Assembly: GCF_032444005.1 (NCBI RefSeq)
Contig: NC_091282.1
Span: 425,320,001-425,384,000 of the forward strand
Length of the DNA: 64,000 nt
Direction: 5' to 3'
Source of the DNA: Ranitomeya imitator
Lineage: Eukaryota
Shown: positions 11,590 through 23,994 of the stretch, in pieces
Layout of the letters: each line of letters begins with the position of its first letter
Position numbering within the stretch: the stretch's first letter is position 1
Translations under genes and position numbers: made by a program
Notes under the pieces: generated by a model
What the model saw: only the letters and a program-made list of their open reading frames with translations
Told to the model about the DNA's origin: nothing
Databases searched by the model: none

Positions 11590-12480
11590 TGTTGTGAATT
11601 CAGCTTTTGGGCTCCCTCCGGTGGTTGTAGAGGGTAATGCAGTTGTGCCTGGACTGTAGGATTGGACAGGTGTATCTACTAATTGCAAAACTGACTGGGG
11701 TATATAGCTTTGCAGGACTCTTTAGTCCCTGCCAGTTGTCCATTGTTTTTGGAGGATTCACTTCCCTGCTGGTCTCTCCAGTTTGCTGTGCTTTTCTACA
11801 AAGATAAGTCCTGGCTTTGTTTTTGCTGTCCACCTGCAGTGGACCTTATAGTTCTGTGCATTTTCATGTTTTTGTCTTGTCCAGCTTGGTCTGTGAAGGA
11901 TTTTTTGCAGCCTAGCTATTTCTCTGGAGATGCAGATATACCTCCCATGTCTTTAGTCATATGTGGTGATCCGTATTTTCTGCGATGGATATTTTCTAGT
12001 GTTTTTATACTGACCGCATAGTACTCTGTTCTATTCTTTCTTTTTAGCTAGTATGGCCTCCTATGCTAAATTCTGATTTCATTTCTACGTATGTTATTTC
12101 CCTCTCCTCTCACAGTCAATATTTGTGGGGGGCTATCTATCCTTTGGGGATTTTCTCTGAGGCAAGATAGGTTTCCTCTTTCTGTCTTTAGGGGTAATTA
12201 GATCTTAGGCTGTGCCGAGGGGTCTAGGGAGTGTTAGGTACCCCCCACGGCTGCTTTTAGTTGCGCTGCTAGGTTTGCGGTCAGTACAGGGACCACCTTC
12301 TCCAGAGTATGTCTCATGCTGCTCCAAGGCCACCAAATCATAACAGTACAACTGGCCAACAATGAGTTAATTGCATCTCAGAAGAAGGGTGGAAAGATTT
12401 TGAGCCATTTTTTTTTCCTCAGCCTGTTTGGTCTGTTCCTCCCTCTTTACCTCTGGGTAGCTACGGAGTCTAGTATTAAC

Positions 12481-14166
12481 ATGAATCTTCAGGAGTTAGT
12501 TTCTCGGGTGGATCAGCTTGCTGCTAGGGTACAGGGGATTTCAGATTTCATTGTTCAGACTCCTGCCTTAGAACCTAAGATTCCCACTCCTGATTTATTC
12601 TTTGGTGACAGATCCAAATTTTTGAGTTTCAAAAATAACTGTAAACTGTTTTTTGCATTAAGACCCCGGTCTTCTGGTGATCCTTTTCAGCAGGTTAAAA
12701 TCATCATATCTCTGCTGCGTGGTGACCCACAGGATTGGGCATTTTCCCTGGAATCTGGCAATCCTGCTTTTCTTAATGTTGATTCGTTCTTTCAGGCATT
12801 GGGGTTGTTGTATGATGAGTGTAATTCTGTGGATCAGGCTGAGAAAATCTTGTTAGCCCTGTGTCAAGGTCAAGAAGCGGCAGAATTGTATTGCCAGAAA
12901 TTTAGAAAATGGTCTGTACTGACTAAATGGAATGAGGATGCCTTGGCGGCAATTTTCAGAAAGGGTCTTTCTGAATCCGTTAAAGATGTTATGGTGGGGT
13001 TCCCCACACCTGCTGGTCTGAGTGATTCTATGTCTCTGGCCATTCAGATTGATCGGCGCTTGCGCGAGCGCAGAATTGCGCGCACTGTGGCGTTGTCCTC
13101 TGAGCGGAGCCCTGAGCCTATGCAGTGTGATAGGTTTTTGTCTAGAGCTGAACGTCAAACTTTCAGGCGTCAGAATAGGTTGTGTTTTTACTGCGGCGAT
13201 TCTGCTCATGTTATTTCTGATTGCCCTAAGCGTACTATGAGAATCGCTCGTTCTGTTGCCATCAGTACTATACAACCTAAATTTTTGTTGTCTGTGACCT
13301 TGATCTGCTCATTGTCATCATTTTCTGTCATGGCATTTGTGGATTCAGGCGCCGCTCTGAACTTAATGGACTTAGAATTTGCCAGACGTTGTGGTTTTCC
13401 CTTGCAGCCTTTGCAGAACCCTATTCCTTTGAGGGGCATTGATGCTACACCATTGGCTAAAAATAAACCTCAGTTTTGGACACAGCTCACCATGCGCATG
13501 GCGCCAGCCCATCAGGAAGATTGTCATTTTCTGGTGTTGCATAATTTGCATGATGATATTGTGCTGGGTTTTCCATGGTTGCAGCTACATAATCCGGTGT
13601 TAGATTGGAACTCCATGTCTGTGACTAGTTGGGGTTTTCAGGGGGTTCATGATCAGGTTTCTTTGATGTCAATCTCCTCTTCCCCCTCTTCTGAAGTTCC
13701 TGAGTTTTGGTCTGACTTCCAGGATGTATTCGATGAGCCCAAGTCCAGTTCCCTTCCACCGCATAGGGACTGTGATTGTGCTATTGATTTGATTCCAGGT
13801 TGTAAGTTCCCTAAGGGTCAACTTTTCAACCTGTCTGTGCCTGAACATACCGCCATGCGGAGCTATATTAAGGAGTCTTTGGAGAAAGGTCATATTCGGC
13901 CATCCTCTTCACCGTTGGGAGCGGGGTTCTTTTTTGTTGCCAAGAAGGCTGGCTCCTTGAGACCCTGTATTGATTATCGCCTCTTGAATAAGATCACGGT
14001 CAAATTTCAATACCCCTTGCCTTTGCTTACTGATTTGTTTGCTAGGATTAAGGGGGCTAGCTGGTTTACTAAGATTGACCTTCGAGGGGCATATAATCTT
14101 ATTCGTATCAAGCAGGGTGACGAATGGAAAACTGCATTTAATACGCCTGAAGGCCATTTTGAATAA
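12481..14166 (+). CDS. B gag-protease-RT(N) in one reading frame
   Basis: ATG at 12481; CFYCGDSAHVISDC knuckle and AFVDSGA protease in the same frame; ends at a frameshift-derived TAA. Confidence 0.85.
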   Translation: MNLQELVSRVDQLAARVQGISDFIVQTPALEPKIPTPDLFFGDRSKFLSFKNNCKLFFALRPRSSGDPFQQVKIIISLLRGDPQDWAFSLESGNPAFLNVDSFFQALGLLYDECNSVDQAEKILLALCQGQEAAELYCQKFRKWSVLTKWNEDALAAIFRKGLSESVKDVMVGFPTPAGLSDSMSLAIQIDRRLRERRIARTVALSSERSPEPMQCDRFLSRAERQTFRRQNRLCFYCGDSAHVISDCPKRTMRIARSVAISTIQPKFLLSVTLICSLSSFSVMAFVDSGAALNLMDLEFARRCGFPLQPLQNPIPLRGIDATPLAKNKPQFWTQLTMRMAPAHQEDCHFLVLHNLHDDIVLGFPWLQLHNPVLDWNSMSVTSWGFQGVHDQVSLMSISSSPSSEVPEFWSDFQDVFDEPKSSSLPPHRDCDCAIDLIPGCKFPKGQLFNLSVPEHTAMRSYIKESLEKGHIRPSSSPLGAGFFFVAKKAGSLRPCIDYRLLNKITVKFQYPLPLLTDLFARIKGASWFTKIDLRGAYNLIRIKQGDEWKTAFNTPEGHFE

Positions 14167-16040
14167 CTTGCGATGCCATTCGGACTCTCTAATGCCCCAT
14201 CTGTGAATTCTGATGGTTCCTTGATGAAACCGTGTGCCTTCTTTTCTCGGAAGTTTTCGCCTGCGAAACGCAATTATGATGTCGGCAATCGGGAGTTGTT
14301 GGCTATGAAGTGAGCATTTGAGGAGTCGCTACATTGGCTTGAGGGGGCCAAGCACCGTATTGTGGTCCTGACCGATCATAAGAATCTGATTTACCTCGAG
14401 TCTGCCAAACGGCTGAATCCTAGACAGGCTCGATGGTCCCTGTTTTTCTCCCGTTTTGATTTTGTGGTCTCGTACATTCCAGGTACTAAGAATGTTAAGG
14501 CGGATGCCCTCTCTAGGAGTTTTTTTCCTGATTCCCCTGGGGTTCTTGAGCCGGTCGGCATTTTGAAGGAAGGGGTGATTCTTTCTGCCATCTCCCCTGA
14601 TTTGCGACGGGTTCTTCAGGAATTTCAGGCTGATAAGCCTGACCGCTGTCCTGTGGGGAAACTGTTTGTTCCTGATAGATGGACTACTAAAGTGATTTCT
14701 GAGGTTCATTGTTCTGTGTTGGCTGGCCATCCTGGGATTTTTGGTACCAGAGATTTGGTTAGTAGGTCCTTTTGGTGGCCTTCTTTGTCGCGGGATGTGC
14801 GTTCTTTTGTGCAGTCCTGTGTGATTTGTGCGCGGGCTAAGCCTTGCTGTTCTCACGCTAGTGGGTTGCTTTTGCCATTACCGGTCCCCGAGAGGCCCTG
14901 GACACAAATTTCTATGGATTTTATTTCCGATCTTCCTGTTTCCCAAAAAATGTTGGTTATCTGGGTTGTCTGTGACCGGTTTTCTAATATGGTTCATTTG
15001 GTGCCTTTGCCTAAATTGCCTTCTTCTTCTGATTTGGTTCCGTTGTTTTTTCAGCATGTGGTGCGTTTGCATGGTTTTCCGGAGAATATTGTGTCCGACA
15101 GAGGTTCCCAATTTGTTTCTAGGTTTTGGCGGGCCTTTTGTGCCAAGCTGGGCATTGATTTGTCTTTTTCTTCTGCATTTCATCCTCAGACAAATGGCCA
15201 GACTGAGCGAACTAATCAGACCTTGGAGACCTATTTGAGATGCTTTGTGTCTGCTGATCAGGATGATTGGGTGGCTTTTTTGCCATTGGCCGAGTTTGCC
15301 CTTAATAATCGGGCTAGTTCAGCTACTTTGGTTTTGCCTTTTTTTGTAATTTTGGTTTCCATCCTCGTTTTTCTTCTGGGCTGGTTGAGCCTTCTGACAT
15401 TCCTGGTGTGGATTCTGTGGTCGACAGGTTGCAGCAGATTTGGGCTTATGTGGTGGACAATTTGGTGCTGTCTCAGGAGGAGGCTCAACGTTTTGCTAAT
15501 CGTCGTCGGTGTGTTGGTTCCCCGCTTCGGATTGGGGATCTGGTTTGGTTATCTTCCCGTCATGTTCCTATGAAGGTTTCTTCCCCTAAGTTTAAGCCTC
15601 GATTTATTGGTCCTTATAGGATTTCTGAGATTATTAATCCGGTGTCCTTTCGCCTGGCGCTTCCGGCCTCGTTTGCTATTCATAATGTCTTCCATAAATC
15701 TTTGTTGCGGAAATATGTGGAGCCCGTTGTTCCCTCTGTTGATCCTCCGGCCCCTGTATTGGTCGATGGGGAGTTGGAATATGTTGTTGAGAAGATTTTG
15801 GATTCTCGTTTTTCGAGGCGGAAGCTTCAGTACCTTGTCAAGTGGAAGGGTTATGGCCAGGAGGATAATTCTTGGGTTTCTGCATCTGATGTCCATGCTG
15901 TTGATTTGGTTCGTGCCTTTCATCGGGCTCATCCTGATTGGCCTGGGGGCTCTGGTGAGGGTTCGGTGACCCCTCCTCAAGGGGGGGGGTACTGTTGTGA
16001 ATTCAGCTTTTGGGCTCCCTCCGGTGGTTGTAGAGGGTAA
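14167..16040 (+). pseudogene. B RNase H-integrase-chromodomain, broken
   Basis: About 550 bp including YLDD are missing at ~14203 relative to A; TGA at ~14311; frameshift at ~15340; full chromodomain EYVVEKILDSRFSRRKLQYLVKWKGYGQEDNSW. Confidence 0.85.
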
Positions 16041-16758
16041 TGCAGTTGTGTCTGGATTGCAGGAGTGGACAGGTGTATCTACTAATTGCAGGACTGACTG
16101 GGGTCTATAGCTTTGCGGGATCCTTTAGTCAGTGCCAGTTGTCCATTGTTCTTGAAGGATTCACTTCCCTGCTGGTCTCTCCAGTTTGCTGTGTTTTTCT
16201 ACAAAGATAAGTCCTGGCTTTGTTTTTGCTGTCCACCTGCAGTGGACCTTATAGTTCTGTGCATTTTCATGTTTTTGTCTTGTCCAGCTTGGTCTGTGAA
16301 GGATTTTTTGCAGCCTAGCTATTTCTCTGGAGATGCAGATATACCTCCCATGTCTTTAGTCATATGTGGTGATCCGTATTTTCTGCGATGGATATTTTCT
16401 AGTGTTTTTATACTGACCGCATAGTACTCTGTTCTATTCTTTCTTTTTAGCTAGTATGGCCTCCTATGCTAAATTCTGATTTCATTTCTACGTATATTAT
16501 TTCCCTCTCCTCTCACAGTCAATATTTGTGGGGGGCCATCTATCCTTTGGGGATTTTCTCTGAGGCAAGACAGGTTTCCTGTTTCTGTCTTTAGGGGTAG
16601 TTAGATCTTAGGCTGTGCCGAGGGGTCTAGGGAGTGTTAGGTACCCCCCACGGCTGCTTTTAGTTGCGCTGCTAGGTTCAGGGTTTGCGGTCAGTACAGG
16701 GACCACCTTCTCCAGCAGTCTCATGCTGCTCCAAGGCCACCAAATCATAACAGATATC

Positions 16759-17410
16759 CTCAAGAACTGGGCCCCAGACATCACAGAGGGGCAGAGACAG
16801 CGCGCTAGGGCCCTGTGTGCTGTCTCTTCCCCCTTGCGTGCTCTCTGCCCCCATGCATTGTCTGGGGTCCCATGTGCTGTCTCTGCCCCTCTGTGCACTG
16901 CCTGGGGCCCATGTGTGCTGCCTGGGGCCTCTATGTGCTGCCTGGGGCCCTGTGCACTGCCTGGGGCCCCTGTGTGCTTCCTGGGGCCCTGTGTTCAGCC
17001 TGGAGCCCTGTGTGCTCCCTGGGAACCCATTTGCTGTCTCTGTTCCATGTGCTGCCTGGGGTCCTGTGCACTGCCTGGGCCCTCCATGTGCTGCCTGGGG
17101 CCCTGTGTACTGCCATGGGCCCCTGTATGCTGCCTTGGGCCAAGGTGCACTGCCTGGTACTCTGCACTGCCTGCAGCCCCTGTGTGCTGCCTGGGGCCCT
17201 GTGCGCTGTCTGGGGCCCCCGTTTGATGTCTTGGGCCCCATGTGCTGCCTGGAACCCCGTTCGCTGTCTCTGCCCCATGTGCTGCCTGGGGCCACTGTGT
17301 GCTGCCTGGGGTCCTGTGTGCAGCCTGGGGCCCCCGTGTGCTGACTGGGACCCCATGTGCTGCCTGGGGCCCCCGTGTGCTGCCTGGGAACCCGTGTGCT
17401 GCCTGGGGCC
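16759..17410 (-). repeat. Foldback centre (~16800) and right-arm minisatellite in inverted orientation
   Basis: Units switch to GTGTGCTGCCTGGGGCCCC, the reverse complement of the left-arm units, at ~16810. Confidence 0.85.
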
Positions 17411-17648
17411 CTGCTATTGAGTATATCACTCAATGGTTCTCAAATGTCTGAAAAATCTGATCTACAGCAACTGGGGTATATTCTGACCCGGAGTAGTAAA
17501 ATCTGGCCCAGAGGGGTATAAACTAGCCTAGTCCAATTCATATGCCGGGGTATAGTTTGGCCTAGGCCAGAATATACCAGGTGTAATCTGGCCTAGGCCA
17601 CTTTAACCCCGGATATATTCTGGGCGGGGGTTAATCTGGCTTGTTACA

Positions 17649-18740
17649 CCGAGTTGGAGTCCAAACACTATCTGAAAAGTAAATTTTCCAGAGGATTTAC
17701 TTACTTGATTTTTGTACAAGAATTCTGCCCAAGGCAGCAAATTGATCCAGTCACCATGATGCACACTGATGAAGTGATGCAGGAATCCAGTCAGGATTTG
17801 ATTGGTCCTCTCTGCTTGCCAATTGGATTGAGGATGGTCCAGTTCCACTTGAACAGATTTATAAACCGCTCTCCAGAATTTGGAGGTGAACTGGACACCC
17901 ATGTCGGACACAATGTGGGGGGAACCCATGAAGACAGAAGATGTGCTGTATGAAATGGTCAGCAAGCTCAGAAGCAGACAGAAGACCAGGTAAGGGAACA
18001 AAATGAGCCATCTCCGAGAAACGATCCACCACTACCCCGATGACGGAACAGCCGGAAGAGATGGGAAGATCAGTAATGAAGTTCATCGCGATGTGCTGCC
18101 AGGGAACTGAAGGAACAGAGAGAGGTAATAGATGCCTGGAGGGCAGATGCTTACCAGTCTTGTTGTGGGCACAAGAAGGACAGGCACCGACAAATTCCTG
18201 GAAATCTTTACCCATGGTGGGCCACCAGTAGTAACTGGAGATGAGTTGCAGAGTCTTTTTCTGATCGGCATGGTCGGCCAACTTGGAAGAATGACCCGAC
18301 CGGAGGACACGGCGCTGATCCGAAGTAGATACAAGAGTCTTTCCCGGGGGGAGTTGAGCAAGATTAACTATGGCTTCGGGCACAAACCTGGATGGTTCAA
18401 TGATGTGTTGTGGTTCTTCCTCAAAATCAGGAAGCAGGAACGCTCTGGAGAGTGCATCGGTTTATCGTTCTTATCAGCCAGATGGAAATGAAGAACAAAA
18501 TTAATTGGGCAGAAAACAAGGCCCAGTGGGCCTGACAAGGATTCAGCCTTTGTGTGGATTGGAGATAAGCGAGGTTCTTATGATCAGTGAAGATGACAAC
18601 CTGATGGGCTGCTTCCTCGAGGAAATATTGCCACTCTTGCAGAGCTAACTTGATTGCCAACAATTCTCGATCTACCACGGAATGGTTCCTTTCTGAGGTA
18701 GAAAAAACCTTGAGAAGAAACCACAGGTAACCATCCTTTT
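17649..18740 (-). pseudogene. G RNase H-integrase segment
   Basis: CGFFS...RNHSVVDRELLAIKL, FTDHKNLAYL, YYWWPTM...CPSC, VVDRFSEMAHF, VSDMGVQFTSKFW. Confidence 0.85.
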
Positions 18741-20140
18741 TTCAATGTTCTTTTTATTGATGGATTAAAGTACAACAAACAGAATAAAGAAAGTAATTGT
18801 GACAATATTAGAATTTAAATAATGTTTCCAGTAAAATGCACAGCAAACGTTCGGCATATGAAAACTTAATTACTGTATTCAGAAGGATTACAGAAACTTG
18901 TTAAAAGTATAAGATAAGTATCAGAGAACAAGTAGAGGGGTAGGCGTAGAAGAGGTGGAGGGAAATAGGGAAGAAGGGGGGGGCTGAAGGGGTGAGAAAG
19001 AGATGTCAGAGCACCTTAGGACAATAGAATAGTTATGACATAATAGTTGAGTAATGGGGGTTGTGATCTAAATTGGGTCCAGCTTCACCATATATAATGA
19101 AAATTAGTGAGGTTATCATTAACTCTTGCTGATAATTCTTCTATAAGAAAAATGTGTTCGATCTTGGAATATATTTGTTGCATGGTGGTCTTGAATAGCA
19201 GAGTTCCAATTTATTGGGATCAATGATTTCCTGGCCACCAAAATGAACTGAGCCAATTTAGTAGCAAGTTTATCGTTTAGCCAGAGTGGACGATTTAAGA
19301 AGACATGTTCAGGCTTCAAGCTGACTCGCTTGCCTAGCAACTTTTGTATGATTGAGGACACCTCATTCCAATAGGGGTGAAGTATCAGACAAGACCATCA
19401 GATGTGGATATCGCTGCCGTCATTTGCTCCACATCTCCAACAGTTAGTAGCTGTAGCATGATGCCAACTGTGAATCTGTTTGGGAGTAATATACCATCTA
19501 GCAATAATTTTGAATGAGTTTTCCTGAGTTCTTACACAAGTCGAGGGGCCGTGGGAGTTTCTGTAGATATGCTTAATCTGTGTTTCAGAGAATGAGGTGT
19601 TCACATCTTTTTCCCAATGGGCTAGATATGCCCGTTTTAGAGGTACATCTATCTTAAGTAAGGACTGGTAAATTGTTTATAGGATTTTGGTGGGAGTAAT
19701 TGTCCTGGCACATTAGACTTCATGTGGGGTGAAGGGTCTATTAAGGTTAATCGGGTGCTTTTATTGACAAAGATGGTGGAGGAGCTTTCCATGCTGCAGA
19801 AAAGTAGGACCCGAAAGACCTGGAAATGTAGCTCTTATAGTGTGCGAAGAGCTCCATCTACGAACAGATTCTCAATCTGAATTTTCACTGCCTGGTGAGG
19901 GAGGCCTTCTAATAGGTCAGAGACTTTAGTTAAAGGTGAAAGAGCAGGGGCTAGAGCGCTATTAAATATCTTCCAGATTTTAATTGTGGCTAATGTGTGA
20001 ATGTTTTTGCATTCTGGTGGAATCGGGTCTTTATGGTGTCCCAACAGCATGGTGCACAAGGGGAGGGGAGACATTTCTTCTTCTATATTTAGCCACTGTT
20101 TATCTACCCTATCTTTGACCCAATTAACTGTTCTAGTTAA

Positions 20141-20533
20141 GGTACCGTCACACTCAGCGACGCTGCAGCGATATAGACAACGAGCCGATCGCTGCAGCAT
20201 CGCTGTTTAGGTCGCTGTAGAGACGTCAAACACAGCTACTCCAGAACGATGCAGGAGCGATCCAGTGACGTAACGGCGACTCACTTATCATTCTCGCTGG
20301 TTGTTAGCTCCATTTAAAACATTGCTGGCATCGTTGCTTTTGCTGTCAAACATGACGATACACTCCGACCTGACGACGAAATAAAGTTCTGGACTTCTAG
20401 CTCCGACCAGCGATGGCACAGCGGGATCCAGATCGCTGCTGCGTGTCAAACACAACGAGATCGCTATCCAGGACGCTGCAACGTCACAGATCATTGTCGT
20501 TCTCGTTGTAAAGTTGCTGAGTGTGAAGGTACC
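20141..20533. mobile_element. Palindromic TTAA-targeting MITE (Kolobok/T2-like)
   Basis: GGTACCGTCACACTCAGC...GCTGAGTGTGAAGGTACC; flanks TTAA and TTTA; interrupts L1 ORF2. Confidence 0.75.
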
Positions 20534-21251
20534 TTTAGGTGAGCCGCCTGATAGTATTTTATGATGTCTGGTGCCCCCATCCCACCCATATCTTTCGGTA
20601 GGGTGAGTGATTTAGGATTAATGCATGGTTTACATATTTGCCAAATGTAATTAAAGAATAGGGAGTGTACTTTAGTTAACTTAAAAATGAATTAGGAATT
20701 TGGATGGGGAGCATATTGAAGATGTATATTTGGTACAATTAGACTTTTCAGGATATTCTTTCTTCCTATCCAGGATAGAAAACTATCTTTCCAAGAGCGT
20801 AGGCAAGTGGTCATTGAATCTAACAAGTGTTGGAAATTGAATGTGAAAAGGTCTTTGTCTGAAGAACCTATTTGGATACCTAAGTATGTTAAACTTCTAG
20901 TTTGCCAGAGAAAGGGAAAATTAGTTCTGAGTTTGTGTATAGTGTTTTTGGGCAAGCCTAGGCTTAGCATTTCTGATTTGCTATCATTAATTTTAAAATT
21001 AGATAGTTTGCTGTAATTCTCCAGAGTTCTCATCATGGTAGGAATGCCCCTCAGAAGTTTAGATAACATCAGCAATAGAGTGTCTGTGAAAGCCGCCGGT
21101 TTATAATGGTTACCTCGGATTTGTAATCCTTCTATCTCAGCACACTGCTGTATAGACTATAAGAGTGGTTCCAGTGCCATGACGAAAGCAATGGACAGTG
21201 GGCAGCCCTGCCTCGTTCCGTTAAAAATTGTGTGTGTGAGGGCTCCTTTAA

Positions 21252-22401
21252 CCCCTTCACGCTGAGGCCGTATTTCGTTTTTGCGTTTTCGTTTTTTGCT
21301 CCCTTCCTTCCCAGAGCCATAACTTTTTTATTTTTCTGTCAATATGGTCATGTGAGGTCTTATTTTTTGCAGGACAAGTTGTACTTTTGAATGACAACAT
21401 TGGTTTTACCATGTTTTACTAGCAAACGGGAAAAAAATTCTAAGTGTGGGGAAATTGAAAAAAAAGTGCAATCCCACATGTGTTTTTTGTTTGGTTTTTT
21501 TGCTAGATTCAATAAATGCTAAAACTGACATAATATTATGATTCTCCAGGTCATTATGAGTTCATAGAAACCTAACATGTCTAGATTATTTTTTATCTAA
21601 GTGGTGAAAAAAAATTCAAAACTTTGCTTAAAAAAATGCGCCACTTTCCGATAATCATAGCGTCTCCATTTTTCGTTATCTGGGGTCGGTTGAGGGCTTA
21701 TTTTTTGCGTGCCGAGCTGACGTTATTAATGATACCACATTTGTGCAGATACGTTCTTTTGATCGCCCGTTATTGCATCTTAATGCAATGTCATGGAGAC
21801 AAAAAAAAGTAATTCTGGCATTTCAAATTTTTTTCTTGCTACAATGTTTAGCGATCACGTTAATGCTTTTTTTATTGATAGGGCGATTCTGAACTCGGTG
21901 ATACCAAATATGTGTAGGTTTGATTTAAACTTTTTATTTTTTTTCATATTTTTAAAAACTTTTTTTTTACTTTTGCCATGCTTCAATAGCCTTCATGGGA
22001 GGCTAGAAGCTGGCACAACTTGATCGGCTCAGCTACATAGCAGCGATCTGATGATCGCTGCTATGTAGCTGAATTGCAGGCTTGCTATGAGCGCCGACCA
22101 CAGGGTTACCATCCTGACGCATCGCTGACCCCCGATCAAGTGACGGGGTCAGTGATGCGCTCATTTCCCTCCGCGCGGCCGGAAGCCGTAGTTAAATGCT
22201 GCTGTCAGCGTTTGACAGCAGCATTTAACAGGTTAATAACGACAGGTGGATCGCGATCCCACCTGCCGCTATTGCGCGCACATGTCAGCTGTGCATAACA
22301 GCTGACATGTCGCGACTTTGATGTGGGCTCAGAGCCGGAGCACACATCAAAGGGGGAGACACGACATGCGTCATACTAGTGTGGGCCATGTCATGTAGGG
22401 G
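21252..22401. mobile_element. Non-autonomous piggyBac-like element
   Basis: TTAA|CCCCTTCACG...CATGTAGGGG|TTAA; removing it restores L1 ARIRV-N-GALT. Confidence 0.8.
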
Positions 22402-23177
22402 TTAACTCTAATTCTTGCCGTGGGCACTGTGTACATTCCCATAATCGCATTTATTACTGAGGGGAAGCCAAATTTTATTAGTGATTCTTTTTGGAACAGC
22501 CAGTCTACTCTGTCGAATGCTTTTTCAGCATCTATACTCATTAATGCTAAAGGGATATTCCGTAGCTTTGCATGTTGCATTAAGTGTAGAATTTTGTATG
22601 TATTATCTTTCCCTTCTCTCCCTTTCACAAATCCAGTTTGGTTTAAAGAGATGATTTGAAGCAACACAACCGCAACCCTGTTAGCCATCATTCTCGCATA
22701 TAATGTTAGATCCGTAGTCAACAATGAAATTGGCCTGTAGCTGCCACACTGCTCTGGGTCTTTTAATTCTTTATAAATCAGCGAGATTCTGGCCTCCAGA
22801 AGTTGGCGTGGGGCCCCTTCACCCTTCTGAAGAGAGTTACACATATTGCGGAGATGAGGAAGTAATGTTTCAGAATAGGATTTGTAATAGTATGCTGTGA
22901 AACCATCTTGTCCCGGGGCCTTCCCCTTTGGGCAAACATCGACAGGGCAGACTGAAGCTCACCAAGAGTAAATGATCTGGCTAGTTGTTGTTGCTGGGTA
23001 GTAGTTAGGTGTGGAAGATTTAGATTTTTTTAAGAAGGTTTTAATGTCTCGCCTTCTTTGAGATTTTTGTTTGCTCCCCTTCATTTGGGCAAAATTGAAA
23101 AAGGGTTTTGTAATAATGTAAAAATTCCGTTTCTATTTGGGAATAATTCTGGGTTTTGGAGCCGTCATTAGTTCTAA

Positions 23178-23994
23178 GGGCAGTCCCACACGTCCAGATA
23201 ATTCCGGTACCGGAAAAATCGGTACCGGAAATATCCATTCCCGTGTGCCTGTGCGTTTCTGTGGCACATCAGTGTGGCACACGTGCGGCACACATGTGCC
23301 GCCCGTGTGCCTACTTGGTACCACACGCACCGTGCAGGTGACAGCGCTAAAGTTTAGCGCTGTCCCCTGCATCTGGTGCTGAAGCCGCGATTCTTATCTT
23401 CTCTGCAGCAGCGTTTGCTGTAAAGAAGATATGATAAATCCTTTTTTTTTTGTTTCTCGTGATTAAAATAAAGGTCCATGTCCCCAACCCCATCCCACCC
23501 CCTGTGCGCCCACCAGCTGTTCTTAAAATACTCACCCGACTCCCTTGCTGGCTGGCGCTGCTTCCTGTCCTGGCCGCACCTTCTACTGTATGAGCGGTCA
23601 CGTGGGACCGCCGATTACAGTCATAAATATGCGGCTCCACCTCCCATAAGGGTGGAGCCGCATATTCATGACTGTAAATGAGCGGCCCCAAACGTTGCTG
23701 CAGAGAAGATATGAATCGCGGCTTCAGCACCATTGGGGGGGACAGCGCTTACTGTAGCACTGTCTCCTGCATGGCACACGGACTGCACACTGACTTTAAT
23801 GGGTCCGTGTAATCCGTGCGCTCCCACGAACACTGACATGTCTCCGTGTTTGGCACACGGAGACACGGTCCGCAAAAAATCAATGACATCTGCACAGATG
23901 CATTGATTTGAATGTGTCTACGTGTGTCAGTGGCTCCAGTACGTGAGGAAACTGTCACCTCACGTACCGGAGCCACTGACGTGTGAAACCGGCC
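23178..23994. mobile_element. Kolobok/T2-like MITE, degenerate
   Basis: GGGCAGTCCCACACGTC...GACGTGTGAAACCGGCC imperfect TIRs; L1 coding sequence resumes on both sides. Confidence 0.65.

Larger units (their letters stand above)
11590..16752 (+). mobile_element. Gypsy chromovirus element B, both LTRs present, RT core deleted
   Basis: LTRs 11590-12345 and 15993-16752; TSD GATATC on both sides; G-rich PPT 15980-15992; self-complementary site ACAACTGGC at 12348-12356. Confidence 0.93.
5602..17648. mobile_element. Non-autonomous foldback TIR element, Ginger1-like (~1.9 kb without the nested Gypsys A and B)
   Basis: TGTAACAGGCCAGATT at 5602 and its inverse AATCTGGCTTGTTACA ending at 17648; arms match for >200 bp; flanks CTGA (5598-5601) and CCGA (17649-17652); removing it rejoins the G integrase (QIVFGLQ / RILLPISG). 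Confidence 0.8.

Noticed and set aside
8594-15980. Antisense ORFs of 100-176 aa opposite Gypsy pol
   Set aside because: These are shadow ORFs; their starts and stops are not kept between A, B and C.
16608-17451. Many long overlapping Cys/Gly/Pro-rich ORFs (also at 5828-6186 and 10959-11637)
   Set aside because: They are translations of a stop-poor GC minisatellite and are open in most frames on both strands.
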